64,000 nt of DNA, taken from assembly GCA_964188305.1 (NCBI GenBank), contig OZ076885.1, one strand, 5' to 3'. A program made the translations under genes and the position numbers. This DNA is from Podarcis bocagei. Taxonomy: Eukaryota. The notes beneath the pieces were generated by a model. It ran no database searches. It saw only the letters and a list, made by a program, of their open reading frames with translations, and was not told the origin of the DNA. Numbering within the stretch: the first letter of the stretch is position 1; each line of letters starts with the position of its first letter. This document shows positions 12,801-24,800 of this stretch, in pieces.

Positions 12801-15800
12801 TGGAAATTAGCAAATGGGGGGGGGTACTAAGAGTTAAAAAAATGCATATATGCAATATTCTTACTACTTATTTCTGTTTAGATATTGTTTTTTATCTTTT
12901 TAGAGCTGAGAAATCTCGGAGTTGGAAAGCAATCTTTATAGATACGTATGCTGATCTCGGAAGGTATATTCAAATTTATGCTACACTTAAAAAGGCCTGG
13001 GATGATTTAGAAAAATATCTGTTTCAGCGTTGTCCTCGGATGATTACTTCTTTGAAAGGTATTGTTTATAAGTTTGCTGTTTTATACAACTTCAGTTGTA
13101 CTTGCATTTTCTCTCTCTAAAGTTATCGTTTTAGATCAGTGTCAAGTGCCACTTAATGAACACCCTAGATTATTTAACTATTGCCAACATGCCTGTTAAG
13201 CTGAGAACAGTTCTGTCCTCCCCCTTTTTTATTTTAGCCTTCTTTGTGTGTGTGTGAATCACAATAAATTGTGCTTAGCTGTCAATCTGGCATAGTGATC
13301 TAGAACAGGAAAAGGAAAACCAAATGGACCTCGAAAGCATAATATAGTAATGAGTGTGGTATTTTTCACAAACTGTTAAATAATGTACAGTATCTGTAAA
13401 CATGATGAAATTAAGGAAAACTTAAGGACCCGATTTGTAGTGGGTTTTCTGACTTTGATTTGAATTGGTGCTAGCCTGTCCAGTGCGGACTGGCAAAACA
13501 CTATTGAATTTTGCATTTTATTTTTGTTAATTCTAATTCCCAGTTTTGTACAAAGGCAAAAGTGCAGCAGCAATAGAGTTTTGAAGAAGTAGATATGAAA
13601 AGCACACACTGTGAGATTTGAGGAATGGTTTGAACAAGATGTTCTTACCCCTGAATGCTGCATCTTTCCATTAATCATTCAGCAACTGGTTTGTTGAGGG
13701 TGGGGGTAGAGATGCTCCTTAAAATACCAAAATGGGGTCCATGTGTGTGGATCTTTTCCCAGAGGTCTCACTGCTTTTCTGGAAATCTGAGAAGATTATG
13801 GGGGGAAAGGAGAATCCCTTTCAGCTGCACTGAATTTCAAAGAGGTTTGCAAAGCAGCTATATGTCTCAATCTTATAGGCTTCTAGACAATGGGGGGCAA
13901 CAGGAAGTCTTAACCCTAAATTCAGAGTTTTTTAAAAGCTCGACAAATTATTATTTTTTTTAAAAAGCATTTCATTGTACTTTTGCACACTAATGAAGTG
14001 CAGAAATGTTTTTCAAAGCCTCAGGATCAGCTCTTCCTCCCCCACTTCTCAGAGGAGCTTCTTCAAATGACACCCACCCCCCGAGTCTGGAACGTGCCCT
14101 GCCCTTTTCCTGCCTTTCTTCTTGTGGGGGGAAAAACAATAATACATGCTTTTAAAAGTTTAATCAGTGTGCTAGAGCAGATGTGCATTTTTATCAAGCA
14201 AAACCAACCATATATTGCAAGTGGTCTCTTATTTTTCTTTAGCAGCCAGTTTTGGAGCAGCTGTTTCGTTGTTCCTCTTTCCTTCACTATAGAGACATGC
14301 AAGGGGAATGTAACTCTCTAGTGCCATTTTAATTTCACTTGCAGCTGATAGTGTCTCAGCATTACTAAAAACCCTAGAATGGAAGCAGCCATACTAGGTG
14401 AGAATGATTGTTACTGTAGGCTTTGGAATACATGAATCTCTTTTGGGGTTACGAAGAGTTTGACACGACTAAATGACTAAACAACAAACATTAACACATG
14501 CCATTTTCTCTCTTATATGGCCCTTGAAAATTATTTATTCTCCTCCTGAGTAATAGTTGGCAAATATTTTAGCCACAAATTGCATAGGGCAGGAGAATCA
14601 GACAAAAACTGCTTCTGAGTCTGGACTACAGACTACTAGTTGGCCTTCCTTGTTTTACAACAGTGTGTCCCTATTCAAATTATATGTTGTGGCTTGAATT
14701 AAGACAGACTTCTATCTCTGGTTTGTCTTAAAAAGAAGCCCACCACTTTGGAGTACATAGGTGTTTTCCAAAAGCAAAAGACATTATGCTGTTCGTGTAG
14801 TGTTTCTGACATAAGTATTAATGTCTGTTTCAGAAAAAGTAAACTGAAGGAGCCCTAGGAAAATATATGATTCTAAACACAGTTGTCACACCTGCTGACT
14901 TGAATGGGGCTTGCTAAAGAGGTTTTAACATCACATCTTAAATAAGTTACTGCAAAATGCATTGTTTATATTGTCTGAAGATAATCTGCTAAATGGTATA
15001 GTTTTTGAATGCTCACAGAGAGTGTTCGGGAGGAAGATCTGGATGCTGTGGAAGCACAAATTGGTTGCAAACTCCCCGATGACTATCGATGTTCATTTCG
15101 GATCCATAATGGACAGAAGCTAGTCGTTCCAGGGTGAGAAGCTAACGTTAACTGTCATTGCTAATTGGCAGTCGGCCGCTACGTAAGCTTGCACATACTT
15201 GAAATTTGTTTCTTCCAATGGTTAATAATGTCTCCCCCCTTTTCTTTCTGTCTTTCCAAAGGTTGATGGGAAGCATGGCCCTTTCCAACCACTATCGCTC
15301 TGAAGATTTGCTGGACATCGACACAGCAGCTGGTGGCTTTCAGCAGCGGCTAGGACTGAAACAGTGCCTCCCCTTAACCTTTTGCATCCACACTGGATTG
15401 AGTCAGTACATGGCTCTGGAAAGCGTGGAAGGCCGCAATAGTTACGAGATCTTCTACCAATGCCCAGTAAGAAAGACTTGTAAATAGACACTTTAGGCAA
15501 CACTAATGCTACTCATTATCTTCAGTAGATTAAATTGGTGCAGTATATGTGTGTAGAATGCTTTAAAAAATCTAAAATCAGCTGTCTTTCATCTCTGAGC
15601 TACTTCCCACCATCCACAAAAGGCCACATAAATGTTCAAACATTCTAACTTGTGAAGGATAGGGGCTTTTAAATGGCAGCAATTGCTATAATTGTCAGGG
15701 AAGAGAAGGCTGATCATTAGGACCTGGAGCTGAGAGACAGGCAAAGCAGGGCTACTAGTGAAGAAGCTGGGGATGTGATGATGGGGAAGGAGGATCTTGC

Positions 15801-18800
15801 AAGTTGATTAGAAGTTTGCCTCCAAAAAAATGGGCTTCATACAAATGTGTCTAGTGCATAAAAATCAAACTTCACACTTTGAAATAATAGTAAGTTATTG
15901 ATTAACAGTGCATTGAGGGGGGGATCAAAGCACCCTATTGTTATAGTGGTACATAAAACACAAATTGGTTTTTAGCTACAGGAAGGGCCATAACTAAGTA
16001 GAAGAACTTCTGAAAGCTATTTAATAATAAAAAAGAACATAATGACTGTTTCATTGATACTATAATTTCAAAGAAATAAATCTTAAGTTTTCAAGTTGAG
16101 TTTTCTACCAAATGTTCACAGACGAGATGGGAACATAAAGTGACTTGCACAGATGAAACACTTAATTTTGTTCTCTTTTTTACTACTGGTTACAGACTAA
16201 TATTTTCCTGCAGTATTGTATGGTACAAATGTCACCTGTAAATCCAGTTTTTAAGGACACAAATAAACTTTTCCCTTTTTCCTTTAAAGGATCAAATGGC
16301 CCGCAATCCATCTGCAATTGATATGTTTATTACAGGTAAAAGTATTTTGGAACTTAAATGGGAAACAATTTAGAGAAGTCAATATGAATTGGAATATGTC
16401 TGGAACTTTATCCACTTACCTCAACATGCAGCATTTGCTCATTCTAGATCTTTTGCACATTAGAGGACAAACTATCTGTTAAACTGTGATCACGTGTAAT
16501 ATTGCAAGATGTTGGGAGAGTGCATTTATAAGCAGAGAATGAAAGTAAGCGTAACTCGTCAGGTGCTAGAACCCAAATCATATCTCTTGAAATCTACCCC
16601 CACAAGTTCTGTATTTGCAAGATAAGTTTGGGCACTACCATTGTATCTAAAAGCAGCCAGCTGGTGGAAGATAAGAGCACTTCCTTTCACTTCACTTCCA
16701 TTCTTTGGCTTGGAGTGCCCTCTCGAGAGGGAGAAGGAAAAAGCAAATCTTGGTTGCATTTGTTCGGCATTGCAATATGAAGTTTTGCTTGTTAAATTTT
16801 GATGATACTCTGGGCTTCCGCAATATATATATATATTTTTACAGTTTTAGAGGGGTAGCAAAACATTAAAAGGTGGGTGCACGCTCACAAAAAAAATTGA
16901 GAAGCATAGTGCCTGTACTTTTTGCTTATTGTTTCTAGAAAGGAAATATAGTTACTTCCAATTGTTTTAAATGAAAGATGGGAAGCTAGGGATTATAGTT
17001 CAATGTGATGGTGGTGGCGGCTCTGAATTAGAGTAACAGCAAGTCTAGGAATGCTGGATGTCACATCTCCACTGCAAAGTGATGGGATGATGTGCAGGGA
17101 AGAAGTAGGTGTTAGAGGAGTGCTTGATTCGTCTTCCTCCTGGGTTTCCCAGATTCATGTTTGCTGCATCGGCTGGGGAAAGCACTTGGTGAGAGGATTA
17201 TGCAGACCCTACCAGCCAGCTCATGCAAATTGCTTTTCATCCCACCTTTTTACTTTGTCTTAGAGAAGTAGCAATCAGGGTTTCTCAAGCTTGCATTTTC
17301 TGCAGTTCTTGTAGCTCAGTTTTTGAGCAAAGCAACTGCAGTAACACCATCAGACCCTCTTTTCATAGACCTGTGATATGTAATTGAGGCATAATTACAT
17401 TTCAAAGGTTATGGCAAATCAAAAATAGCATGCTCAGAGGATCAAGGATGGGAACAGCTTTGGGAAGGGAAGTTTAACAAATGGAACCATCTATGCACAC
17501 ACATCCCTCAAAGCTTTTTATTTGTGCTTTGCATTGGGAGGAATGATGGTTTATTTGTATTTTAAAAAACAAGAGCCAGATTCAATTAAATAGTTGTACC
17601 AGCATTGTTGTTGTTGTTGTTGTTTAGTCGTTTAGTCGTGTCCGACTCTTCGTGACCCCATGGACCAGAGCACGCCAGGCACTTCTGTCCTCCACTGCCT
17701 CCCGCAGTTTGATCAAACTCATGCTGGTAGCTTCAAGAACACCATCCAACCATCTCATTCTCTGTCGTCCCCTTCTCCTTGTGCCCTCCATCTTTCCCAA
17801 CATCAGGGTCTTTTCCAGGGAGTCTTCTCTTCTCATGAGGTGGCCAAAGTATTGGAGCCTCAGCTTCACGATCTGTCCTTCCAGTGAGCGCTCAGGGCTG
17901 ATTTCCTTCAGAATGGAGAGGTTTGATCTTCTTGCAGTCCATGGGACTCTCAAGAGTCTCCTCCAGCACCATAATTCAAAAGCATCAATTCTTCGGCGAT
18001 CAGCCTTCTTTATGGTCCAGCTCTCACTTCCATACATCACTACTGGGAAAACCATGGCTTTTACTATACGGACCTTTGTTGGCAAGGTGATGTCTCTGCT
18101 TTTTAAGATGTTGTCTAGGTTTGCCATCGCCTTTCTCCCAAGGAGCAGGCGTCTTTTAATTTCGTGACTGCTGTCACCATCTGCACTGATCATGGAGCCC
18201 AAGAAAGTAAAATCTCTCACTGCCTCCATTTCTTCCCCTTCTATTTGCCAGGAGGTGATGGGCCCAGTGGCCATGATCTTCGTTTTTTTGATGTTGAGCT
18301 TCAGACCATATTTTGCGCTCTCCTCTTTCACCCTCATTAAAAGGTTCTTTAATTCCTCTTCACTTTCTGCCATCAAGGTTGTGTCATCTGCATATCTGAG
18401 GTTGTTGATATTTCTTCCGGCAATCTTAATTCCGGCTTGGGATTCATCCAGCCCAGCCTTTCGCATGATGAGTTCTGCATATAAGTTAAATAAGCAGGGA
18501 GACAATATACAGCCTTGCCGTACTCCTTTCCCAATTTGGAACCAATCAGTTGTTCCATATCCAGTTCTAACTGTAGCTTCTTGTCCCACATAGAGATTTC
18601 TCAGGAGACAGATGAGGTGATCAGGCACTCCCATTTCTTTAAGAACTTGCCATAGTTTGCTGTGGTCAACACAGTCAAAGGCTTTTGCATAGTCAATGAA
18701 GCAGAAGTAGATGTCTTTCTGGAACTCTCTAGCTTTCTCCATAATCCAGCGCATGTTTGCAATTTGGTCTCTGGTTCCTCTGCCTCTTCTAAATCCAGCT

Positions 18801-21800
18801 TGCACTTCTGGGAGTTCTCGGTCCACATACTGCTTGAGCCTTCCTTGTAGAATTTTAAGCATAACCTTGCTAGCATGTGAAATGAGTGCAATTGTGCGGT
18901 AGTTGGAGCATTCTTTGGCACTGCCTTTCTTTGGGATTGGGATGTAGACTGATCTTCTCCAATCCTCTGGCCACTGCTGAGTTTTCCAAACTTGCTGGCA
19001 TATTGAGTGTAGCACCTTAACAGCATCATCTTTTAAAATTTTAAACAGTTCAGCTGGAATACCATCACTTCCACTGGCCTTGTTATTTGCAGTGCTTTCT
19101 AAGGCCCATTTGACTTCACTCTCCAGGATGTCTGGCTCAAGGTCAGCAACCACACTACCTGGGGTGTACGAGACATCCATATCTTTCTGGTATAATTCCT
19201 CTGTGTATTCTTGCCACCTCTTCTTGATGTCTTCTGCTTCAGTTAGGTCTTTACCACTTTTGTCCTTTATTATGGTAATCTTTGTATGAAATGTTCCTTT
19301 CATATTTCCGATTTTCTTGAACAGATCTCTGGTTCTTCCCATTCTGTTGCTTTCCTCTATTTCTTTGCATTGCTCGTTTAAGAAGGCCTTCTTGTCTCTC
19401 CTTGCTATTCTTTGGAAATCTGCATTCAATTTCTTGTATCTTTCATTATCTCCCTCGCATTTTGCTTGCCTTCTCTCCCCCGCTATTTGTAAGGCCTCGT
19501 TGGACAGCCACTTTGCTTTCTTGCATTTCTTTTTCATTGGGATGGTTTTAGTTGCTGCCTCCTGTATAATGTTGCGAGCCTCCACCCATAGTTCTTCAGG
19601 CACTCTGTCCAGCAAATCTAAATCCTTAAACCTGTTCCTCACTTCCACTGTGTATTCATAAGGGATTTGGTTTAGATTGTATCTTACCTGTCCAGTGGTT
19701 TTTCCTACTTTCTTCAGTTTAAGCTTGAATTTTGCTATAAGAAGCTGATGATCTGAGCCACAGTCAGCTCCAGGTCTTGTTTTTGCTGACTGTATAGAGC
19801 TTCTCCATCTTTGGCTGCAGAGAATATAATCAATCTGATTTCGATGTTGCCCATCTGGGGATGTCCATGTGTAGAGTCGTCTCTTGTGTTGTTGGAAAAG
19901 CGTGTTTGTGATGACCAGCTTGTTCTCTTGACAGAACTCTATTAGCCTTTGCCCTGCTTCGTTTTGATCTCCAAGGCCAAACTTGCCAGTTGTTCCTTTT
20001 ATCTCTTGATTCCCTACTTTAGCATTCCAATCACCTATAATGAGCAGAACATCCTTCTTTGGTGTCACTTCTATAAGGTCTTGTAAGTCTTCATAGAATT
20101 GGTCAATTTCAGTTTCTTCAGCACCAGTAGTTGGTGCATACACTTGGATTACTGTGATGTTAAAAGGTCTGCCTTGGATTCGTATCGAGATCATTCTATC
20201 ATTTTTGAGACTGCATCCCAGTACAGCTTTCGCCACTCTTTTGTTGACTATGAGGGCCACTCCATTTCTTTTACGGGTTTCTTGCCCACAGTAGTAGATA
20301 TGATAGTCATCCGAACTGAATTCGCCCATTCCCGTCCATTTTAGCTCACTGATGCCGAGGATGTCAATATTTATTCTCGCCATCTCATTTTTGACCACAT
20401 CCAACTTACCCAGGTTCATGGTTCTTACATTCCAGGTTCCTATGCAATATTTTTCTTTACAGCATTGGACTTTCCTTTCGCTTCCATGCATATCCCTAGC
20501 ACAACAAGGCTCCTCCTTTCTTCTTCCCCTGTGCTCTCCCAGTTGACTCTGGGGGAGGGGAGTCAGGGGGAAAATCCCAGAACAATTTGTGGGACAAGAA
20601 GGGGGAAATCTCTCCATCTGGTAAGAGGAAATGTTTTCTGATACCGAGATACTGAATTCCTCCTCCTATCTTGCTAAACGTAACAATGTATTTATTGCCA
20701 TCTATAGTGAAATGAAGCTTCATAGTAAAATGGAATGAGGCAAGCTGATCTGTAAGGAAGTATGGATAGGGGACAAACAAGTGGGGACTTCCTCTTTCTC
20801 CCATGCCCCAGTTTCATTCAGATTTTTGAGTTCCGGACTTAGATGAATGAGCAGCTTCCGCTTGCCTAGTCCTAAACCTCAGCACTCTAGTGCTATAGTG
20901 CCTTACCATGTACTTGAGACTGCTAATGGTCAGAGCTAGGTGACCACCACCTGGGAGGTCTGAACTGTTCTTTGTTTTGTTTTGTTTTTAGTCATAGAAT
21001 ATGTAATCGGCATACTGGCCTTTTTATGACCTTGTGAAATGTTTCTCCCCCTTTGCCATTAGGTAGCTCCTATTTGGAATGGTTCACCTCCTATGTAAAC
21101 AATGTAGTAACAGGTGGCTATCCCATCATCAGAGACCAGATTTTCAGGTATTATGGCTTTGGTTTACAATCTGTGGTATCTTATTAAGACAAAATGTAAT
21201 AATCTTAAACTTGTAACAAAAATAAATTATCATCTTATAATATTTGTTAGACATGTATGTGAGAATGAGGTGGTAAAGCAAAGTACACTTATTATTTACA
21301 ATAATAACATTGTAATGTTAGCAATACATTTGCACTATGTTCTGCAGAAACAGATATAGTCTAAAAGGCATTAAGCAGGTGCAGAGAATGCCTTCTCTTA
21401 TTATGGAGAGAAATAGATGCACAAATTGTAAGGTGAAAGTTGGTTTTATACAAATGAATTTTTCAGTATTTGTTTATTCTTTAAACTATCAGACAAGATA
21501 ATGCCTTTTTCTTTATTTGCTAGATACGTTCATGACAAGAGTTGCGTAGCAACAACAGGAGATATTACTGTCTCTGTCTCCACATCTTTTCTACCTGAAC
21601 TCAGTTCTGTACATCCACCTCACTATTTCTTTACTTACAGAATCAGGTAGGAGCAGTAAATGAATGCTGATTTTATCAGTGTGTTACTGACACATCTTGA
21701 AGCTTTCTTTGCTCACTGGCAAAATTCTAAGCGACCTAAAATATAAACTAGTCCTTCCAAAACCACAATTTATCAGTGAGAGATAAAAAGTAAGAATGGG

Positions 21801-24800
21801 GAAATGTTAAATGCTTTTTATAAGACTGCACTGAAGTTACTTCTTTGCTTTTGACTTCCTTTTCTGTAGTGTTCTATAGAACATATTCTTTCTTCTAACA
21901 TCTGTTCAATTATTATTTTTCCTGTGTAATAATTACAGGATCTAGATCTTCCCCCTTAGGGTAGTATTTCTTGGACAGTCAAATTGCTCTACATTGTGTC
22001 AGAGAAAAACATGACTCTTATGCCCCTGCTAATGAGTGTTGTTTGTAATGTGGTCAGACGAGTGTCACAACTATTTCCTTCCTCCTCTCAGGGCCCTAAA
22101 ACATTTAAAATATTCTGGATAGTATTTTAAGGAAGGTAATAGTTTTTGACTAGTGCTTTTGCTCTCTCACTAAAATGAGTATTTTGCCTAATTATTTAGA
22201 ATTGAGATGTCCAAAGATGCTCTTCCAGAGAAGGCTTGTCAGCTAGACAGTCGGTACTGGAGAATAACCAATGCCAAAGGTGATGTGGAGGAGGTGCAAG
22301 GTCCTGGAGTAGTAGGTAAGGAATAGTTAAAGAATGTAACTGTTTTAAAAACAACAACAACAAATGCAGGGTGCAGTTAGAGGAACCTTGATCCTTTTCT
22401 TCTCAGCCATGATTCCAATCTAAGCAACCATCGCTGCCCCCGCTGTGTGGCAATTACACTTTAAAAAAAAAGGTTTCTTTGTTGCAAGTGCACCATCACT
22501 GAGGAAGGACTGAAAAAGAAGCCTGCAACAGTGGGATGAAAACGAAAGAGACGTTCTCTCCTTTGCTTCCCTGCAACAGCACATGGAGCCGAAATGAAGG
22601 AGGGGAAGGCTTTCTACCCTTTTCCCTGCTACTGCTACTGCTTCTTCCTTCAGCAAGGAGCGGGGAGAAGGAAGGGGAGAAACATGTGTGGTGGGCAGTG
22701 GCATCAGAGCAGGATGATTTCTTGGGAGCTGCCCCAGACTGTCCTGCCTGTTGCTCTGTGGCTTATCTGAGGTGGCTGCCACAGTTACTCACCTGCTTGC
22801 TTGGGCTGCCTGCTCACTCGCTCTGTCTTCCTGCCTGCCTGGGCCTCACACCAACTGCCTATCAATAAGCCATGCAAACTGCAGCATGGCAGCACCCTTA
22901 CAATTTTATACTAAAATTAAAATCTATAATAGTATAGATTGCTCGCTCTTTGTTTCTTCGAAGCCTGTGGCACAGTTCTAAGGGCCAAACTACACATTAC
23001 AATAAACATGCTGTTTAAAAAAGCGTGCTTAAACTGGCCAATTTTATTGGGGCGAAGGGGAGTAGTTTTGAGGCCCTTCACTGAAACTTGTTCTCAGTCT
23101 AAATTGGAGCCCAGTTTTTGGTGAAAAACACTCCCCCATGACCATGGCTGATAAACTGCCAAATGTGATAAATATCACATTTGAGGGCAAATAGCAGTCA
23201 AGAGGGTGGGTTTGTTTGTTTTTGTCAAGAAACTGGTATGGGGCCTGTATTGGAACCAGTCTTGTGGCTGTATTTCTTTTAGAAATAAAAGTGACTAGTT
23301 GGAAGCACACTTTTTAAACAAGTTCATTGCAATGTTAAGTTTGATCCTAATTGAAGTATTTTTGGTTCCAGAGGTTGAAGTCCTCTGTTAACTTTGTTTC
23401 TACAGGAGAATTTCCCATAATCAGCCCTGGTCGGGTTTATGAATATACCAGCTGTACGACATTTGCCACTACTTCAGGGTACATGGAAGGATACTATACA
23501 TTCCATTGTCTCTACTATAAAGACAGATTTTTTAATGTTACCATTCCTAGATTTCATATGGTTTGCCCAACGTTCAAAGTATCTACAGCACGCATGGTAA
23601 GTTAAAATTTATGTTTTTAGGCCTTAACTCTTCTCTTTGGTTTCCAGAAAACAATTGGATTTTGTGTTTAAATATAAATAGTGATCTCCTTTTTGCATAA
23701 AACTAGGTTAATAGTTTTTAGAAGCTATAAGGTGAGTAAAGTAAAAAAAACACTTTACCTAGTTTAAAAATGCATGTGCTCAAGTATCATACTTGCTTCT
23801 TTATCAATTATGAGCAAAAATGCAGTGAGGGGATCGAGAACAACTTTCTCATATTTGGGATTATGAAATGTGTATAAAGGTCCTGGAACATTTGGGAAAA
23901 GCCCAAGTAGTAAAATGTCTTTTCTGACTGCTTGTTTTGTTGTTTTTTGCTTTGCTTTGCTTTGTTTTTTTGAGTAATGCTCAGTTTGGGGAAGAACAAA
24001 TATATTAGATATATTAACAATTTGATATTGCCAACATATTATATAACTGCACTGCTGTTTATGTGCTAAATGAATAACATAAAATAAGTGGGAACTTATT
24101 GTTGGATAGAAACATTTATTTAGTTACAGCAGATCATTTGTTCTGCTTTGCTTGTTCAACCCTTGTCCATGTTGTCAACATACACATTATGTGCCTTGTC
24201 TTGAAAGTAGTTTTAACATTGTTTTCCACAAATGACAAGGGATAGGACATTTTTAAGCATTCCAGGAAAGCTATTGTCAGAATACATGTTTTTATAGAAG
24301 AGTGTTTGGATGGGCATTCCACTTTTTAAAACGCACTGTCTACTTGGATATCTTATTTTAAAATTGAGCCTTTGACTGCTCTTACTGAAAAAAAAACTGT
24401 AGATGGAATACGGAACTTACTTTTAATTAGAAATATTTATAGACTGCCTTTATGAGTAGAACTTTTTGGCTTACACAAAAGTAAAAAGTTTTCAGTGGTA
24501 ATATGATAAAATACCAACTGGATTTATATTCAGTTTGTCCAAAATACACTTAGCAAACAAATCATGTTATATCTTGGCTCCTTTACTGTAAAATGAGAGT
24601 AGCATGGCCTTCCTATAGAGTGTTATGAAGTCCAGTGATATAAGGCTGTTAACCACTTTACACAATTGGAATAGGCACGTTTAGTACATTCTCCCAAGTG
24701 TTGTGTGTGCTACAATTTGCTAAGAATGGGTGAAATCCAACAGTGTCAGCGCACTTGCACAAACTCCCCTTCCTTTTCTTTCCTGCTGCTGCTCCCTGCA

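Noticed and set aside
17652-20546. Multiple + strand ORFs overlapping the BovB element
   Set aside because: These are antisense shadows of the LINE ORF with no independent evidence.
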